DNA from: a virus
Taxonomy: Duplodnaviria; Caudoviricetes
Virus record (IMG/VR): IMGVR_UViG_3300011217_000001
Span: 1-64,000 of that record
DNA length: 64,000 bases
Reading direction: 5' to 3' (one strand)
The translations under genes and the position numbers were made by a program. The notes below the pieces were generated by a model. It had not been told where the DNA came from and did not search any database. It saw only the letters and a program-made list of their open reading frames with translations. Position 1 is the stretch's first letter. Each line of letters opens with the position of its first letter. Shown piece after piece: positions 28,055-37,909 of this stretch.

Positions 28055-28650
28055 CTAGGCAATTCAGGACATTAGCCCTGTTAGTTTCGAGGTTTCTGAT
28101 GTGGCGCTAGATAAGGCCACTTGAAGCGACTGTGCGCTTCCCACAACCGCTCCCAAAGTTGAGCGGCTGTAGGCTGGACACAGGTCCAACAATCAAAGGC
28201 CGATTTGCTCAGGCCAGAGATTCATTCGACAGGAAAGATAGCTAGTTAACCCATTGGGACTTTCCAGATCCCGGGTATAGCCTAGATCAAGGGAGGTTTT
28301 CAATCCCTCCAGAACTTGACCAAGATTTTGCTCGACTGTCTATACCATACGGCATTGATGCAAAACGCATCCCGTAGTAATCGTCAAAGAGTAGCGACCA
28401 CCTCGCAATTACTACAGGCTGCATTCTCGCTATCGATCGCCCGGCTAAGGGAACAGGGGGGAACCCGGCCGAGGAGTGCGTCATTGCACAACGAGCCTAC
28501 AACTTCAGATCCACAGATCCGCGTACCGCTAAGAATCCCTCATTGATGCACCAAAGAGAGATCCACCTTGCTTAGGACGATTATGCGATTGGGTCATCGT
28601 CTGCATGGGAGTTGTGCCCGGGGAAAGCACTCTCCCAAATGATTGCTGAG
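28055..28650 (-). ncRNA. Candidate large structured non-coding RNA (~600 nt), family unknown
   Basis: No credible CDS; at least 12 stems found by eye; three A.C mismatches on + become G.U pairs on -; bounded by the protease stop codon and a terminator. Confidence 0.55.
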
Positions 28651-28662
28651 CCGTGTTGGAAA

Positions 28663-29430
28663 TTACTTCCAGTCGGCGCTCGGCGGACGGTTGCTGCCGC
28701 CGGCCCAGCCCAGGTCGCGTTCGATCTGGTTCAGCATCGAGCATGCGGCGGACTCCATGCCGTTGCTCGCCTTCATCTGGATGTCGCGAGCCATGCGCAG
28801 CTGCTGCGGCGAAATGGCGAACGATTCCAGCGACGGGTTGTGCCACTTGCGGGCCACGGCGATGCCGGGTTCATTCACGTAGTCCCAGGTGACCAGGGAC
28901 TTCATGCGCTTGTGGAGCACGTTACCCACCCAGCCATCTTCGGTCAGCGAACGCACCGAGAAGCACACGTCTTCTTCGGGATTCTCGAACGCTTCACGCA
29001 GCGCAGGGCCCATCGGACCAGCCGGCTTGACGCGACCCAGTACGGCGATCACCTGCCGGCCATTGGCCTCGCGGATGTTGTCGATGCGCACGTGGGCGAC
29101 GTGGTGGGAGATGTTCGGCTCGTAGATGTCGCAGACGCGGTTGATGAACTGCCGCATGTCCATGTCACCCTTGCGCGGATGACCGTACTCGCCACGCAGG
29201 TTGCCGGTGGCAATCTTGCGCATCAGCGGCGAGGAAGATTCAAACAGGTGCTTGGCATCCTCGAAGGGATAGAAAGCACCGGAGCTGTTGTGGTAGTCGA
29301 ACGCACCCAGTACCACGTTGTCGTAGTAGCCGCGTGCGTCTGCCTTCAGCGTGCCGGCCTTGTTGACGCCAACCAGCGCAGTACATTCGTACTTGGCCGA
29401 CTGGACAGGCTTTGCGCCCATGTAGCTCAT
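28663..29430 (-). CDS. Prohead (head maturation) protease (phiKZ gp175-like)
   Basis: LRGEYGHP (His), CFSVRSLT (Ser) and TWDYVNEPGI (Asp) motifs. Confidence 0.9.
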   Translation of the reverse strand: MSYMGAKPVQSAKYECTALVGVNKAGTLKADARGYYDNVVLGAFDYHNSSGAFYPFEDAKHLFESSSPLMRKIATGNLRGEYGHPRKGDMDMRQFINRVCDIYEPNISHHVAHVRIDNIREANGRQVIAVLGRVKPAGPMGPALREAFENPEEDVCFSVRSLTEDGWVGNVLHKRMKSLVTWDYVNEPGIAVARKWHNPSLESFAISPQQLRMARDIQMKASNGMESAACSMLNQIERDLGWAGGSNRPPSADWK

Positions 29431-29442
29431 TGGAGATCCTTT

Positions 29443-30177
29443 TTACGTCAGGAGCATCTGTTCGATGCGTTCCGAACGCGTGCTGGGATTACGCAGCGCG
29501 CTGTTCAGGCCTTCATCGAAATAGTTACCCATCAACTTGGACAGGGTGTTGGAAGCGCCGAAGGTCACCGACCGGAACGGCACGTACACCGGAGGGTTCT
29601 TGAAGATTTCCAGCCGCGAGGTCAAGCTCTGGCGAGCCAGCTTGCCCATGTCCTTCGCATTACGCGCGATGGACGCGGTGAACATCTCCATGATGACGTG
29701 GTTGTCGCAGATGCCCATGCCGGCATGATAACTTGCCGACTTGTACACGTTGGCCACGTCCTCCAGGTTCATGTAGAACGGCACGTTGCCCTTGGAGTGG
29801 AACTCATCGAAGATCAGGTACACCAAGGTGTCCGTCTTGACGAGGTTGACATTTGCCACGACCGTGGAGCCCTTCTCAAAGAAGAACTCCATGTAGCGCT
29901 CACCATCGACGTCCACGCGATCGGTGCTGGTAGGCTCGATGCGCATGATGGCTGCTGCGGACGAAACGCCGGCCCACTGACCCTCGACAACGATGCCGAA
30001 GATACCGAGGATGTAAACCTCCTGACCCAAGAAGGCCAGGCTCTTCTCGGTGTAGCGCTCAGGGACGTAGATCTTGCAATCCTTGAGCGCCACCAGTTGG
30101 CCGTCTTCCAGTTCCTTCAGAGCTGCATGGACCTTACTCGCGTCACGGTTGTTGAAGAACAGAGCTTTCAGGTCCAT
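29443..30177 (-). CDS. Virion protein, phiKZ gp176-like (candidate vRNAP-associated subunit)
   Basis: 244 aa, synteny between the protease and the gp177-like gene, SKLMGNYFDEGLNSAL motif. Confidence 0.65.
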   Translation of the reverse strand: MDLKALFFNNRDASKVHAALKELEDGQLVALKDCKIYVPERYTEKSLAFLGQEVYILGIFGIVVEGQWAGVSSAAAIMRIEPTSTDRVDVDGERYMEFFFEKGSTVVANVNLVKTDTLVYLIFDEFHSKGNVPFYMNLEDVANVYKSASYHAGMGICDNHVIMEMFTASIARNAKDMGKLARQSLTSRLEIFKNPPVYVPFRSVTFGASNTLSKLMGNYFDEGLNSALRNPSTRSERIEQMLLT

Positions 30178-30182
30178 TTAGC

Positions 30183-31619
30183 TTACGCCTTGTCGATGGT
30201 GATTTGGGGAGCGACCCAGTCGACGAGGATGTCGATGGCCGCTAGCAGCGCGCAATCACGCGCTTCCATGTCCGGGCTGACACGGCGAGCGTCGTCGAAC
30301 GCCAGCAGCAGCTTGTAGGCCATGGTGTGCGGGAAGAACAGCGTGCACACCAGATGACGCGCGGTGATGTACAGGTTGTCCATGTCGCGGCCAGCCAGCG
30401 TGCTGACAGCTCCCTCGATGCGCTTGTACTGCACTTCCACGTCGAGCGGTTCGAGCTCGTCGGGGATCTTGGCAGCCGTTTCGCGCAGCACGAAGATGAA
30501 GGCCTGGCGGACGACGTCGAGCTTGTTGTTCTCGACACGCATGGCAACCATGCGCTGTTCATTGCCCCACGCCTTGACGTAGCGGTCAGCCTGCGCCAGC
30601 AGTGCTTCGATCTTGATCTCGCGATCGGTGACCATCGCACCCATCAGCACTTCCGGGGAACCGCCTTCTTCCAGGAAGTACTTGGTGTAGACGTCGCCGT
30701 CCACGTAGATGATGCTCGGGCAGCTCGGGTCTTCGGACGGACCTGCCGGGTAGATCACGCCCAGGCGCTTGGACTTCTCCATCACGCCACGGTCAACCAG
30801 CGCACGATGCACGACACGACCCAGGGTCGCCATGACCTCACCCATCTGGGCACGGTAGGACGACTCGTCGGCCATGCCTTCCGGCATCGACATGAACAGG
30901 TTGCGCGCCATCAGGAACTCGACCAGGCGGGTGTTGGCATTGCCGATCGAATTGCTGACCAGGGCTTCGTTCTCCGCGCCCTGTTCGGTCGAGAAGACCT
31001 TGTTGTAGATGTAGCGGGTCAGGTCGTTCGAGGAACCGCCGTTCATCTCCGAGGCCAGCGCTTCCACGTCGGCGTCGATCGAGCCGATGCCGGTCAGCAT
31101 CACCTTGACGGAGTCTTCGGTCGTTTCAGCACGCGGGAAGATCGGGCGGGTCGGCAGGTATTCAGCCGCCACGCGATCGGCGTAGGGAGCAACCATTTCC
31201 GACAGCATCGGGTTGTCCCAGATGCGCGGCCAGAACTGCGGCTCCACGCGGACCGCATCGGACAGGCCACCGATGCGATCGGAGACGTACTTGTCCACGC
31301 CAGCCAGCACTTCGTCGATGGTGGGCACGACGATGTCGCGTGCCCAGTCCAGGTTCTTGGTGACGGTTTCGGCGATGACGTTGGCCGCTTCTTCCATGAC
31401 CAGGTCGTGCTCGCACACACCACGCTCATCGACACGACGGCTGTTGATGACGTACGGCGCCTGCAACTCGGTGTCGCCTTCGTCACGGGGGACGTCGACG
31501 AAGCACGCGTTGAGCAGCGAAGCCATCGGGGTGCCGTCAATGACACCCAGACGTTCCCCGCGATCAGCCAGGCGCTGTGCCAGTGCGTAACTGGCGCCTA
31601 CTGCGGAATCGTTCAGCAT
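30183..31619 (-). CDS. Virion head protein (phiKZ gp177-like)
   Basis: Start MLNDS at 31619; HD...E and IYVDGDVYTKYFLEEGGSPEVLMGA motifs; synteny. Confidence 0.68.
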   Translation of the reverse strand: MLNDSAVGASYALAQRLADRGERLGVIDGTPMASLLNACFVDVPRDEGDTELQAPYVINSRRVDERGVCEHDLVMEEAANVIAETVTKNLDWARDIVVPTIDEVLAGVDKYVSDRIGGLSDAVRVEPQFWPRIWDNPMLSEMVAPYADRVAAEYLPTRPIFPRAETTEDSVKVMLTGIGSIDADVEALASEMNGGSSNDLTRYIYNKVFSTEQGAENEALVSNSIGNANTRLVEFLMARNLFMSMPEGMADESSYRAQMGEVMATLGRVVHRALVDRGVMEKSKRLGVIYPAGPSEDPSCPSIIYVDGDVYTKYFLEEGGSPEVLMGAMVTDREIKIEALLAQADRYVKAWGNEQRMVAMRVENNKLDVVRQAFIFVLRETAAKIPDELEPLDVEVQYKRIEGAVSTLAGRDMDNLYITARHLVCTLFFPHTMAYKLLLAFDDARRVSPDMEARDCALLAAIDILVDWVAPQITIDKA

Positions 31620-31623
31620 TGCC

Positions 31624-31827
31624 TTAGCCCTCGCTCTTGCTGACCGGAGCCAGCTTGTTCTGCAGCTTGCCGCCGACCACCAGAGCCAGCGAGCTGTCGG
31701 TGATGGTCTGACCGTCGATGCGGTTGGAGGCCGAGTTGCCAGCCACACGCTTGGTGACGGCGCAGACCAGCGCGATGGCATTGCTCGCCACGGCCTGGTT
31801 CATGTCTTGCAGGTTGTTGTCGCTCAT
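31624..31827 (-). CDS. Small conserved protein
   Basis: 67 aa, exactly fills the gap between the RNAP beta gene and the gp177-like gene. Confidence 0.7.
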   Translation of the reverse strand: MSDNNLQDMNQAVASNAIALVCAVTKRVAGNSASNRIDGQTITDSSLALVVGGKLQNKLAPVSKSEG

Positions 31828-31829
31828 GG

Positions 31830-34800
31830 TTACCCTCTGTAGATCTCAGCCATCTTCTTGGAAATTGCGATCATGATCGTGTTGGTCGTACCGATGTAGA
31901 CCGGCGACATCACGATACGTGCGTTGACACTCTTGTACCCGAAGAACAGATCGATCGGCTTACCATCCATGGTGACGTTCACGCCAGCCATGACACGACC
32001 GACAATGGACTTCAGCTGGTTGGCCACCACGATCTTGCCACCAACACCTGCAGGCGACTTGCCAGTGATGTAGACCTTGATGATCAGGTTGTCCATCAAC
32101 AGCGGTCGACCACCGATGCTGAGCGAGTCATCGACCATGCCCGAAACGTAGGGCTGACCAGATGCTTTGGCCAGGCTCCGACGCGCCGAATCCGACGCAC
32201 GAGCGACCTTTGCCAGAGACGGGGACATGTCCTCGATCTCGCCGTGGTAAAGCACTTCGATTCTCTCGACGACACCATGCGCCTTAGCGCGCGGGGTCTG
32301 AGACGACAGCAGACGCAGCGTCTCACGAGATTCATCGTCGAACAGCTTGTTCTCCGCAGTCGTCGACTCTTCGATGGTGCATAGAATACTTTCGACGTCC
32401 ACCACGTCGCCGATCCCGACAAACCCAGTGATATGCTGATCAAAGGACAGTTGGATCTCGCGAACCTTGGTTACGTTGGCCGTCAGCTCCTTGGCCATCC
32501 GTTCAGAGATGACAGAGGAGTCTTCGAAGGTATCCACACTTTCCAGCAGAGCGACGCGGCCCAGTACGCCCGCCTTCCACACCACGTTGCTCTTGTTGTA
32601 CAGATCCTTCTCGAAGAACATCGAGTTGTAGGCCAGGTTGTCGCCACGCTTGAACGTGTCGCCTGCCTTCAAGGAAGTCACGACCTGATGCGGGATCGTG
32701 GCGCCGGCCATGATGCCGAAACGACGCCCCAGTTCCACGCTGTCAGATGTGCCGTCCTCGTACTCGACCAGGATCGCATCTTCAGTAACGCTGACCACCT
32801 TGCCGTTCTTGTCTGCTGCCTTTGCGAACAAGTCGGACGTACGCTGACCAACCACCTGCTCGTAACCGGTACGCAACGGAGTGGGTCGATAACCATCGGC
32901 GGCGATCGAGCGCGAGTGCTGAATACTCGCAAAGTTCACACGCTTGGGATCATCGCGGTCAATGGTGGGCGAAAGCATTGCCGGGGTGGAGAAGATCGAA
33001 GACGGACCATCGGCACCCTTGATGTAGTGGCGCGACATGCCGTACAAGTTCGTCAGCAGTGGATTGGGAGCAAACGACGTCGTGATTGCCACTTCGCCGG
33101 AGTCCTTCGTTGCTTCGGAGATCTTGCCCTTGTCATTGCGGTGGTAGACGCGCGAACGCTTCACCATCGAACGACCCGAACGACCACCCGTACCGCTGAA
33201 CGTGACTTCCTCGATTTCCTTCAGGTTGTGGATCGGGTTGGCTTCCTCCACGATACGCTGGGAGGTGTCCTTGGCGATCGCCATCCAGACCGCATTGGGC
33301 GACATTTCAATCGCACCACCGGTAGCGCCCGGACGAGCACGGAACGTACGCACAGCACGCGCCAGTTCGTTGTACACCGCACCGGCCATACGCTCATAAC
33401 CACGGAAGCGCTGGTAGTCGGTATCGGTTTCCTGCGGCGCCCAGTCGGTTTGCAGCAGTTCAGCGGCACGACGCAGCAGCGGGATGAACTTGACCGGTTC
33501 GCCCATTTCCTTCAGGACGTCCACGGTGATCGGGTCGAGGAACAGATCCTTGATCGACTCCAACTCGCGGATATAGCGAACACCCACGCCGTTGTTTTCC
33601 AACACGGTGTAGTAGATGTCCTTCTGGTCGAAGTTGTACACGCTGTAGTTGCGGATCGACTTCTCAAACACATTGAAGCCAACCATCAGCATCGAGGCAA
33701 CCGAACCATCGCGCTTGAACACCAGCGTCTCATCGTTGAACACCACCGAGAACTCGTCCTCGGCCAGATGGGCACGCTCACCACGCGGTACACGGCGCGG
33801 GTTCAGACGCAGTTCGCTCAGCAGGGTTTCCAGACCCACGTAGTAGGCCAGCACCACGCCCAGCGGTAGGTCACGATCGAACACGGTCAGCTCGATCATC
33901 TCGATCGGAGACTTGGCACGATCCAGACCCGTCAAGGCGTAGATGTCACCCAGCGCAACGATCGTCTCTGCATCCTCGTGGATATAGAACGTGTTGGTGT
34001 CGTCGACGAAGATCGGCAGCTGAGCCGGACCCTTGTAGCCACAGATCACACCCTTGTTGGTGTTCTCGATAGCCGACAGACCAGCGCTGTCCTTGAACTG
34101 CTTGAAGCGAGTGCTGTGGTCGAAGAACAGGTGCACGTCGTCCTGCACCGTGAACGAACGGAAGCGCTGGGAGAGCTGGCTGTAGATGCGCGGAACACGC
34201 AGCTCGTGGTCGAACACCGTGCCCTGACGCAGGTCAGTGACGCTGGTGTCTTCCTGATCATTGCCAGCCGCAGCGATGCGGTTACCCAGCCAGTTGGTCA
34301 GGTTGTACTTGACGTTGTCGTTGCGCGACACCGACAGCTTACCGTAGTAGCTGGACAGCGCCACACGGCGGCTGTTCACCTTGCGGATCGGAAGCTCGTT
34401 ACGCTGGGTAGCCAGACGATAGCGAACACCGTTGGCCAGGTAGGTGCCATCCTTACGGACACGCGGCAGACGGAAGCGAAGCGTGGACGGCTTGCCATCC
34501 ACCGGCGTCAGACGCACGGTGTAGGCGTGGTAGTCGTTCATTGCATCGACATGTGCTTCCACGTTGAACTGCGTCACCGCCACGCCAGCGTTCTGAACAC
34601 CCATGACCATGCCAGCGATGTGCTTCTGGAGGTACTGGGTAACGTAGCGCGGAGTGAAGTCAGCCAGCGTGGACTTCAGCATCGACTTGTCGTATACCGT
34701 GGGGATGTCGTTGAACTCAGCCGAAGCTGTGTCGATCTGCATCTCTTCCGGCTGGATCTGGATGAAGTCAGCCAGCGAACCTTCCCCACCCATCGGATTG

Positions 34801-36176
34801 GGAATGTCCATGAAGGACTTGGCCAGTGCTTCGAAACGACGCAGCTCAGCAGCCGACATGCGACCGTAGAGCGCCTGACCACGGGCACGTTCAGCAACGC
34901 CGGCGATCAGTTCCTCGTTGCGGGTACGGACAGGCTCCTCAGGCTTCGGTGCAACGCCTGCAGGGTTGTCCACGCCATCACCACGCGCCTCGGCAGCTTC
35001 CTGCTGTTCGCGGGCCTTCTCGACGTCCTCAGCGAGCTTCTCCAGCGCTTCGAGGTCGCCATCGATATTGCCTTCGATCTCAGCGGTCTCCGCCTCACTC
35101 TCGTTGAGTTCGAACTCTTCGGGAGCAAAGGAGATGATCGTCGCATCGCGCAACAGTGCCTTCTCGGCGGCCTTGTCATCGGCGGTCTGAGCCTTGGGTG
35201 CCTTGTCAGCCAGCGCTTCGATCTCGGCCTGCTCTTCCAGTTCCAGAGCCGAGGCATCATCTTCAGAGACCCACTGGGTGGAATCGTCTGAAATGACGGC
35301 AGGCTCGACTTCGGTACGAGCTTCCTGCAGATTGATCAGCATGGCCAGCAGACGACGCTGCATGTTCTCAGCCGGCAGACCGTTGCGAGCCTTGGTGCCG
35401 TTCTCGACTTCCAGATCGGTCGGCTTGCGCCAGCCATCAAGCAGGCCCAGGTTCAGCACGAACCAGCTATCCGACTCCTGCCAGATCAGGTTGACGTGCT
35501 TCATGTCCTCGGCAGCAACCTGCGAGAGCATGGACAGATGACGCTCCGGACCCAGCCACTTCCACAGCTCCAGGATGAACAGCTTCTCCGGAGAGTCGAA
35601 GATCTGCAGCGTGGAACGGGTCATGTCCTTCATGCCACGACGCAGCTGGGTCATCGACGGGATCGTGTCCGGCAGCTTGCACACTAGGAAGTTCTGGCGA
35701 TTGAGCTTGGCCGTCTCACTGATCTTCTGCCAGCAAGTGGAATTGATGTTGTACCACTTGTTGTAGCCGGCGAAGAAGTTGCCCAGGTAGCGCGAGGTGT
35801 GGCTGAGGATGGCGTAGTTGTACACCAGCAGCGTACGTGGATCACGCATGACCGCATCGATGTTCTTCAGCGGACGAGTGCGACGGTAGCGCTGGTGGTA
35901 GTCGCGGATCAGCTTCTGGGCAGGGATCGGCAGCGGACGCGGGGCACCCAGACGCGAGGTCAGTTCGGTAACCGAATCCACCTGTACCATGCGGCGCTCG
36001 TTGCGCAGCAGTGGATCGTCGGTGGAGATACCGTAGGACACTTCATCGTCCGGCACATAGTGCAGGATCGAGTTGATCGGCAGCTGCATCAGCAGCGTCT
36101 TGCTCAGCTTTGGCTTGGCAAGTTCACTGGCGCGCCGCACGCCGAAGCGTCGGTAGTAGGGTTGATACAGCATCAT
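31830..36176 (-). CDS. Virion RNA polymerase beta subunit, large part (phiKZ gp178-like)
   Basis: 1448 aa; GTGGRS, YHRNDKGKISEATKDSGEV, RDDPKRVNFASIQ, LRTGYE, FEDSSVISE and GGKIVVANQLKS match beta-subunit conserved regions. Confidence 0.93.
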   Translation of the reverse strand: MMLYQPYYRRFGVRRASELAKPKLSKTLLMQLPINSILHYVPDDEVSYGISTDDPLLRNERRMVQVDSVTELTSRLGAPRPLPIPAQKLIRDYHQRYRRTRPLKNIDAVMRDPRTLLVYNYAILSHTSRYLGNFFAGYNKWYNINSTCWQKISETAKLNRQNFLVCKLPDTIPSMTQLRRGMKDMTRSTLQIFDSPEKLFILELWKWLGPERHLSMLSQVAAEDMKHVNLIWQESDSWFVLNLGLLDGWRKPTDLEVENGTKARNGLPAENMQRRLLAMLINLQEARTEVEPAVISDDSTQWVSEDDASALELEEQAEIEALADKAPKAQTADDKAAEKALLRDATIISFAPEEFELNESEAETAEIEGNIDGDLEALEKLAEDVEKAREQQEAAEARGDGVDNPAGVAPKPEEPVRTRNEELIAGVAERARGQALYGRMSAAELRRFEALAKSFMDIPNPMGGEGSLADFIQIQPEEMQIDTASAEFNDIPTVYDKSMLKSTLADFTPRYVTQYLQKHIAGMVMGVQNAGVAVTQFNVEAHVDAMNDYHAYTVRLTPVDGKPSTLRFRLPRVRKDGTYLANGVRYRLATQRNELPIRKVNSRRVALSSYYGKLSVSRNDNVKYNLTNWLGNRIAAAGNDQEDTSVTDLRQGTVFDHELRVPRIYSQLSQRFRSFTVQDDVHLFFDHSTRFKQFKDSAGLSAIENTNKGVICGYKGPAQLPIFVDDTNTFYIHEDAETIVALGDIYALTGLDRAKSPIEMIELTVFDRDLPLGVVLAYYVGLETLLSELRLNPRRVPRGERAHLAEDEFSVVFNDETLVFKRDGSVASMLMVGFNVFEKSIRNYSVYNFDQKDIYYTVLENNGVGVRYIRELESIKDLFLDPITVDVLKEMGEPVKFIPLLRRAAELLQTDWAPQETDTDYQRFRGYERMAGAVYNELARAVRTFRARPGATGGAIEMSPNAVWMAIAKDTSQRIVEEANPIHNLKEIEEVTFSGTGGRSGRSMVKRSRVYHRNDKGKISEATKDSGEVAITTSFAPNPLLTNLYGMSRHYIKGADGPSSIFSTPAMLSPTIDRDDPKRVNFASIQHSRSIAADGYRPTPLRTGYEQVVGQRTSDLFAKAADKNGKVVSVTEDAILVEYEDGTSDSVELGRRFGIMAGATIPHQVVTSLKAGDTFKRGDNLAYNSMFFEKDLYNKSNVVWKAGVLGRVALLESVDTFEDSSVISERMAKELTANVTKVREIQLSFDQHITGFVGIGDVVDVESILCTIEESTTAENKLFDDESRETLRLLSSQTPRAKAHGVVERIEVLYHGEIEDMSPSLAKVARASDSARRSLAKASGQPYVSGMVDDSLSIGGRPLLMDNLIIKVYITGKSPAGVGGKIVVANQLKSIVGRVMAGVNVTMDGKPIDLFFGYKSVNARIVMSPVYIGTTNTIMIAISKKMAEIYRG

Positions 36177-36200
36177 GGAAATGTCTCGCTCTGAAAGAGC

Positions 36201-37853
36201 TTAGCGCTTGGCCAAGCTCTTGGGGGTGCTGGTGAGGTTGTGCAGGACCATCTTCACCATCTGCACGTCAACGGATGCGTTCATGCCACCACGCGGATCG
36301 ATGAACGCTCGCTTGGAGTTGAGCGTCTTCAGGATCTCGGCGACACCTTCCTCGGAGTACACCGAGGTGAAGTTACACATGTCACCGTCGAAGTCGGCGC
36401 CCATGCCTGCCACACGTGCAGTAGGAATGACCTGCGCGTCCAGCCACAGCGACGGGTTGAAGATCGGGTACTCCAGCGCCGTGTGCGTTTCGTCCAGCGG
36501 TTCCCAGTCCGGACCCAGCTCACGACGCACCTCACCACGAGTGGTGGTTTTGGTGTAGACCGTGGAGGGGTAACTCGAACCGATGCCGGTGACCGGATAA
36601 CGCGTCACGAAGGCGCCGTCCTTGTTCCAGATCTTGTAGCCGGACAGGTAGATGAACTCGCACAGGGTAATCGGGCGAACATGTGCGCGATCGCGATCAG
36701 CAGGTAGATCACGAATGTCGCTGAACACCTTGAAGGTCATGTCAGGGCCAGTGTAGACCAGCGCCAGATAGTGACCCTTCTTGCCCAGGCGCAGCGGACG
36801 ATCACGCAGACGCGTTTCGCCATAGCTGGAGATCACCTTCTCCAACCCTTCGGTGGAGTTGAAGCGATCGTAGTCATCCGGACGCAGTTCGACCAGCTCC
36901 GACTCCAGCGTCTTCGGGTTGACCAGATAGCCCTGGTTGGCACCGGCGGAGAAGATGTCGGGCAGGTAACTGTAGCGCAGCGCGTGGATCGACTTGGGCA
37001 GGATGGCCTTGGACTGCTGGTACAGACCCACCACCGTGTCGGAGAACTTCGGTGCGTTGGGAGCACCCAGTACCGAGGTGGAGGTATCCATGGCCGTGAT
37101 GACGTTACGCGTGCCGTTGAAGACACGACGCGAGCCCCACTTCTTCTGGATGAACCCCTTCTTGCCCGTGATGATCCGCTCGATGTACTCGTACAGTTCA
37201 TTGAAGGCGCGCTGCAACAGCAGCGGCGGCAGGTTCACCGACGGGCCGATGTCGTCATATTCGGTCTCCACCACCGTGCGCGAGATGCTCAGCAGACGGG
37301 AGTAGATATCGTTGATTTCATCGTAGGTCGTACGACCAGAGTCATCGGTTTCGATGTCACGCAGACCAGCGGGCAGGACCAGCACCTTCGTGGTGGTAGC
37401 CCGATCCACGAACTTCTTGATCAGAGCGATACGAGCCGAACGCAGGTCCGACTTGTTCTCCTTGTACTGGATGTCCTTGAAGTGCCGCATAAAGAAGCGG
37501 AACCCCGTCTGGCCATCGATTTCGTTGGAGGATTCAAAGTCCTTCAACTCATCGTTCCAGACAGCGTAGGCCTGACCAGTCAGGATGCCGCCGTACAAGC
37601 CCTTCAGCTTGACGATGGTGCGATAGATGAACGGGTGGAAAATCGGCACCTTCACGTCGATGTAGGCAAAGCGCCCATCGCGAGAGGGATCACCGATACG
37701 ACCGAAGATCTTCAGGGAGAAAAGCCCGTCGTCATGGAGCGGACCACCGACCGACTCGTAGATGTCCAGACTGGTGACAGGCTGGATCTTTTTGAGTCGC
37801 TCCGGAGTGATCTCCAGGATACTGACATTGAATGGTGTGTCGAGCCGATTCAC
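36201..37853 (-). CDS. Virion RNA polymerase beta' N-terminal/catalytic subunit (phiKZ gp180-like)
   Basis: DDGLFSLKIFG, LVLPAGLRD, ITGKKGFIQ, TRYP and the catalytic GADFDGD motif. Confidence 0.94.
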   Translation of the reverse strand: MNRLDTPFNVSILEITPERLKKIQPVTSLDIYESVGGPLHDDGLFSLKIFGRIGDPSRDGRFAYIDVKVPIFHPFIYRTIVKLKGLYGGILTGQAYAVWNDELKDFESSNEIDGQTGFRFFMRHFKDIQYKENKSDLRSARIALIKKFVDRATTTKVLVLPAGLRDIETDDSGRTTYDEINDIYSRLLSISRTVVETEYDDIGPSVNLPPLLLQRAFNELYEYIERIITGKKGFIQKKWGSRRVFNGTRNVITAMDTSTSVLGAPNAPKFSDTVVGLYQQSKAILPKSIHALRYSYLPDIFSAGANQGYLVNPKTLESELVELRPDDYDRFNSTEGLEKVISSYGETRLRDRPLRLGKKGHYLALVYTGPDMTFKVFSDIRDLPADRDRAHVRPITLCEFIYLSGYKIWNKDGAFVTRYPVTGIGSSYPSTVYTKTTTRGEVRRELGPDWEPLDETHTALEYPIFNPSLWLDAQVIPTARVAGMGADFDGDMCNFTSVYSEEGVAEILKTLNSKRAFIDPRGGMNASVDVQMVKMVLHNLTSTPKSLAKR

Positions 37854-37909
37854 AGCGGCCTACTCCTTAATTCTATAGACGGGTATTGATAAAGGGCCAG
37901 GGTAGAGAT

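Noticed and set aside
28256-28470. RNase P-like words GGAAAGTCC (minus strand) and GAACCCGGC (plus strand)
   Set aside because: The two halves are on opposite strands, so the P4 helix cannot form.
28287-28546. Short ORFs 28287..28484(-) and 28316..28546(+)
   Set aside because: No convincing RBS and atypical codon usage; the stem density argues for RNA structure. Not formally excluded.
36177-37853. Intron or homing endonuclease in the vRNAP beta' gene, as in phiKZ gp179/gp180
   Set aside because: The ORF is continuous through DFDGD and there is no HNH gene; no intein seen in the polymerase, TerL or RNAP.
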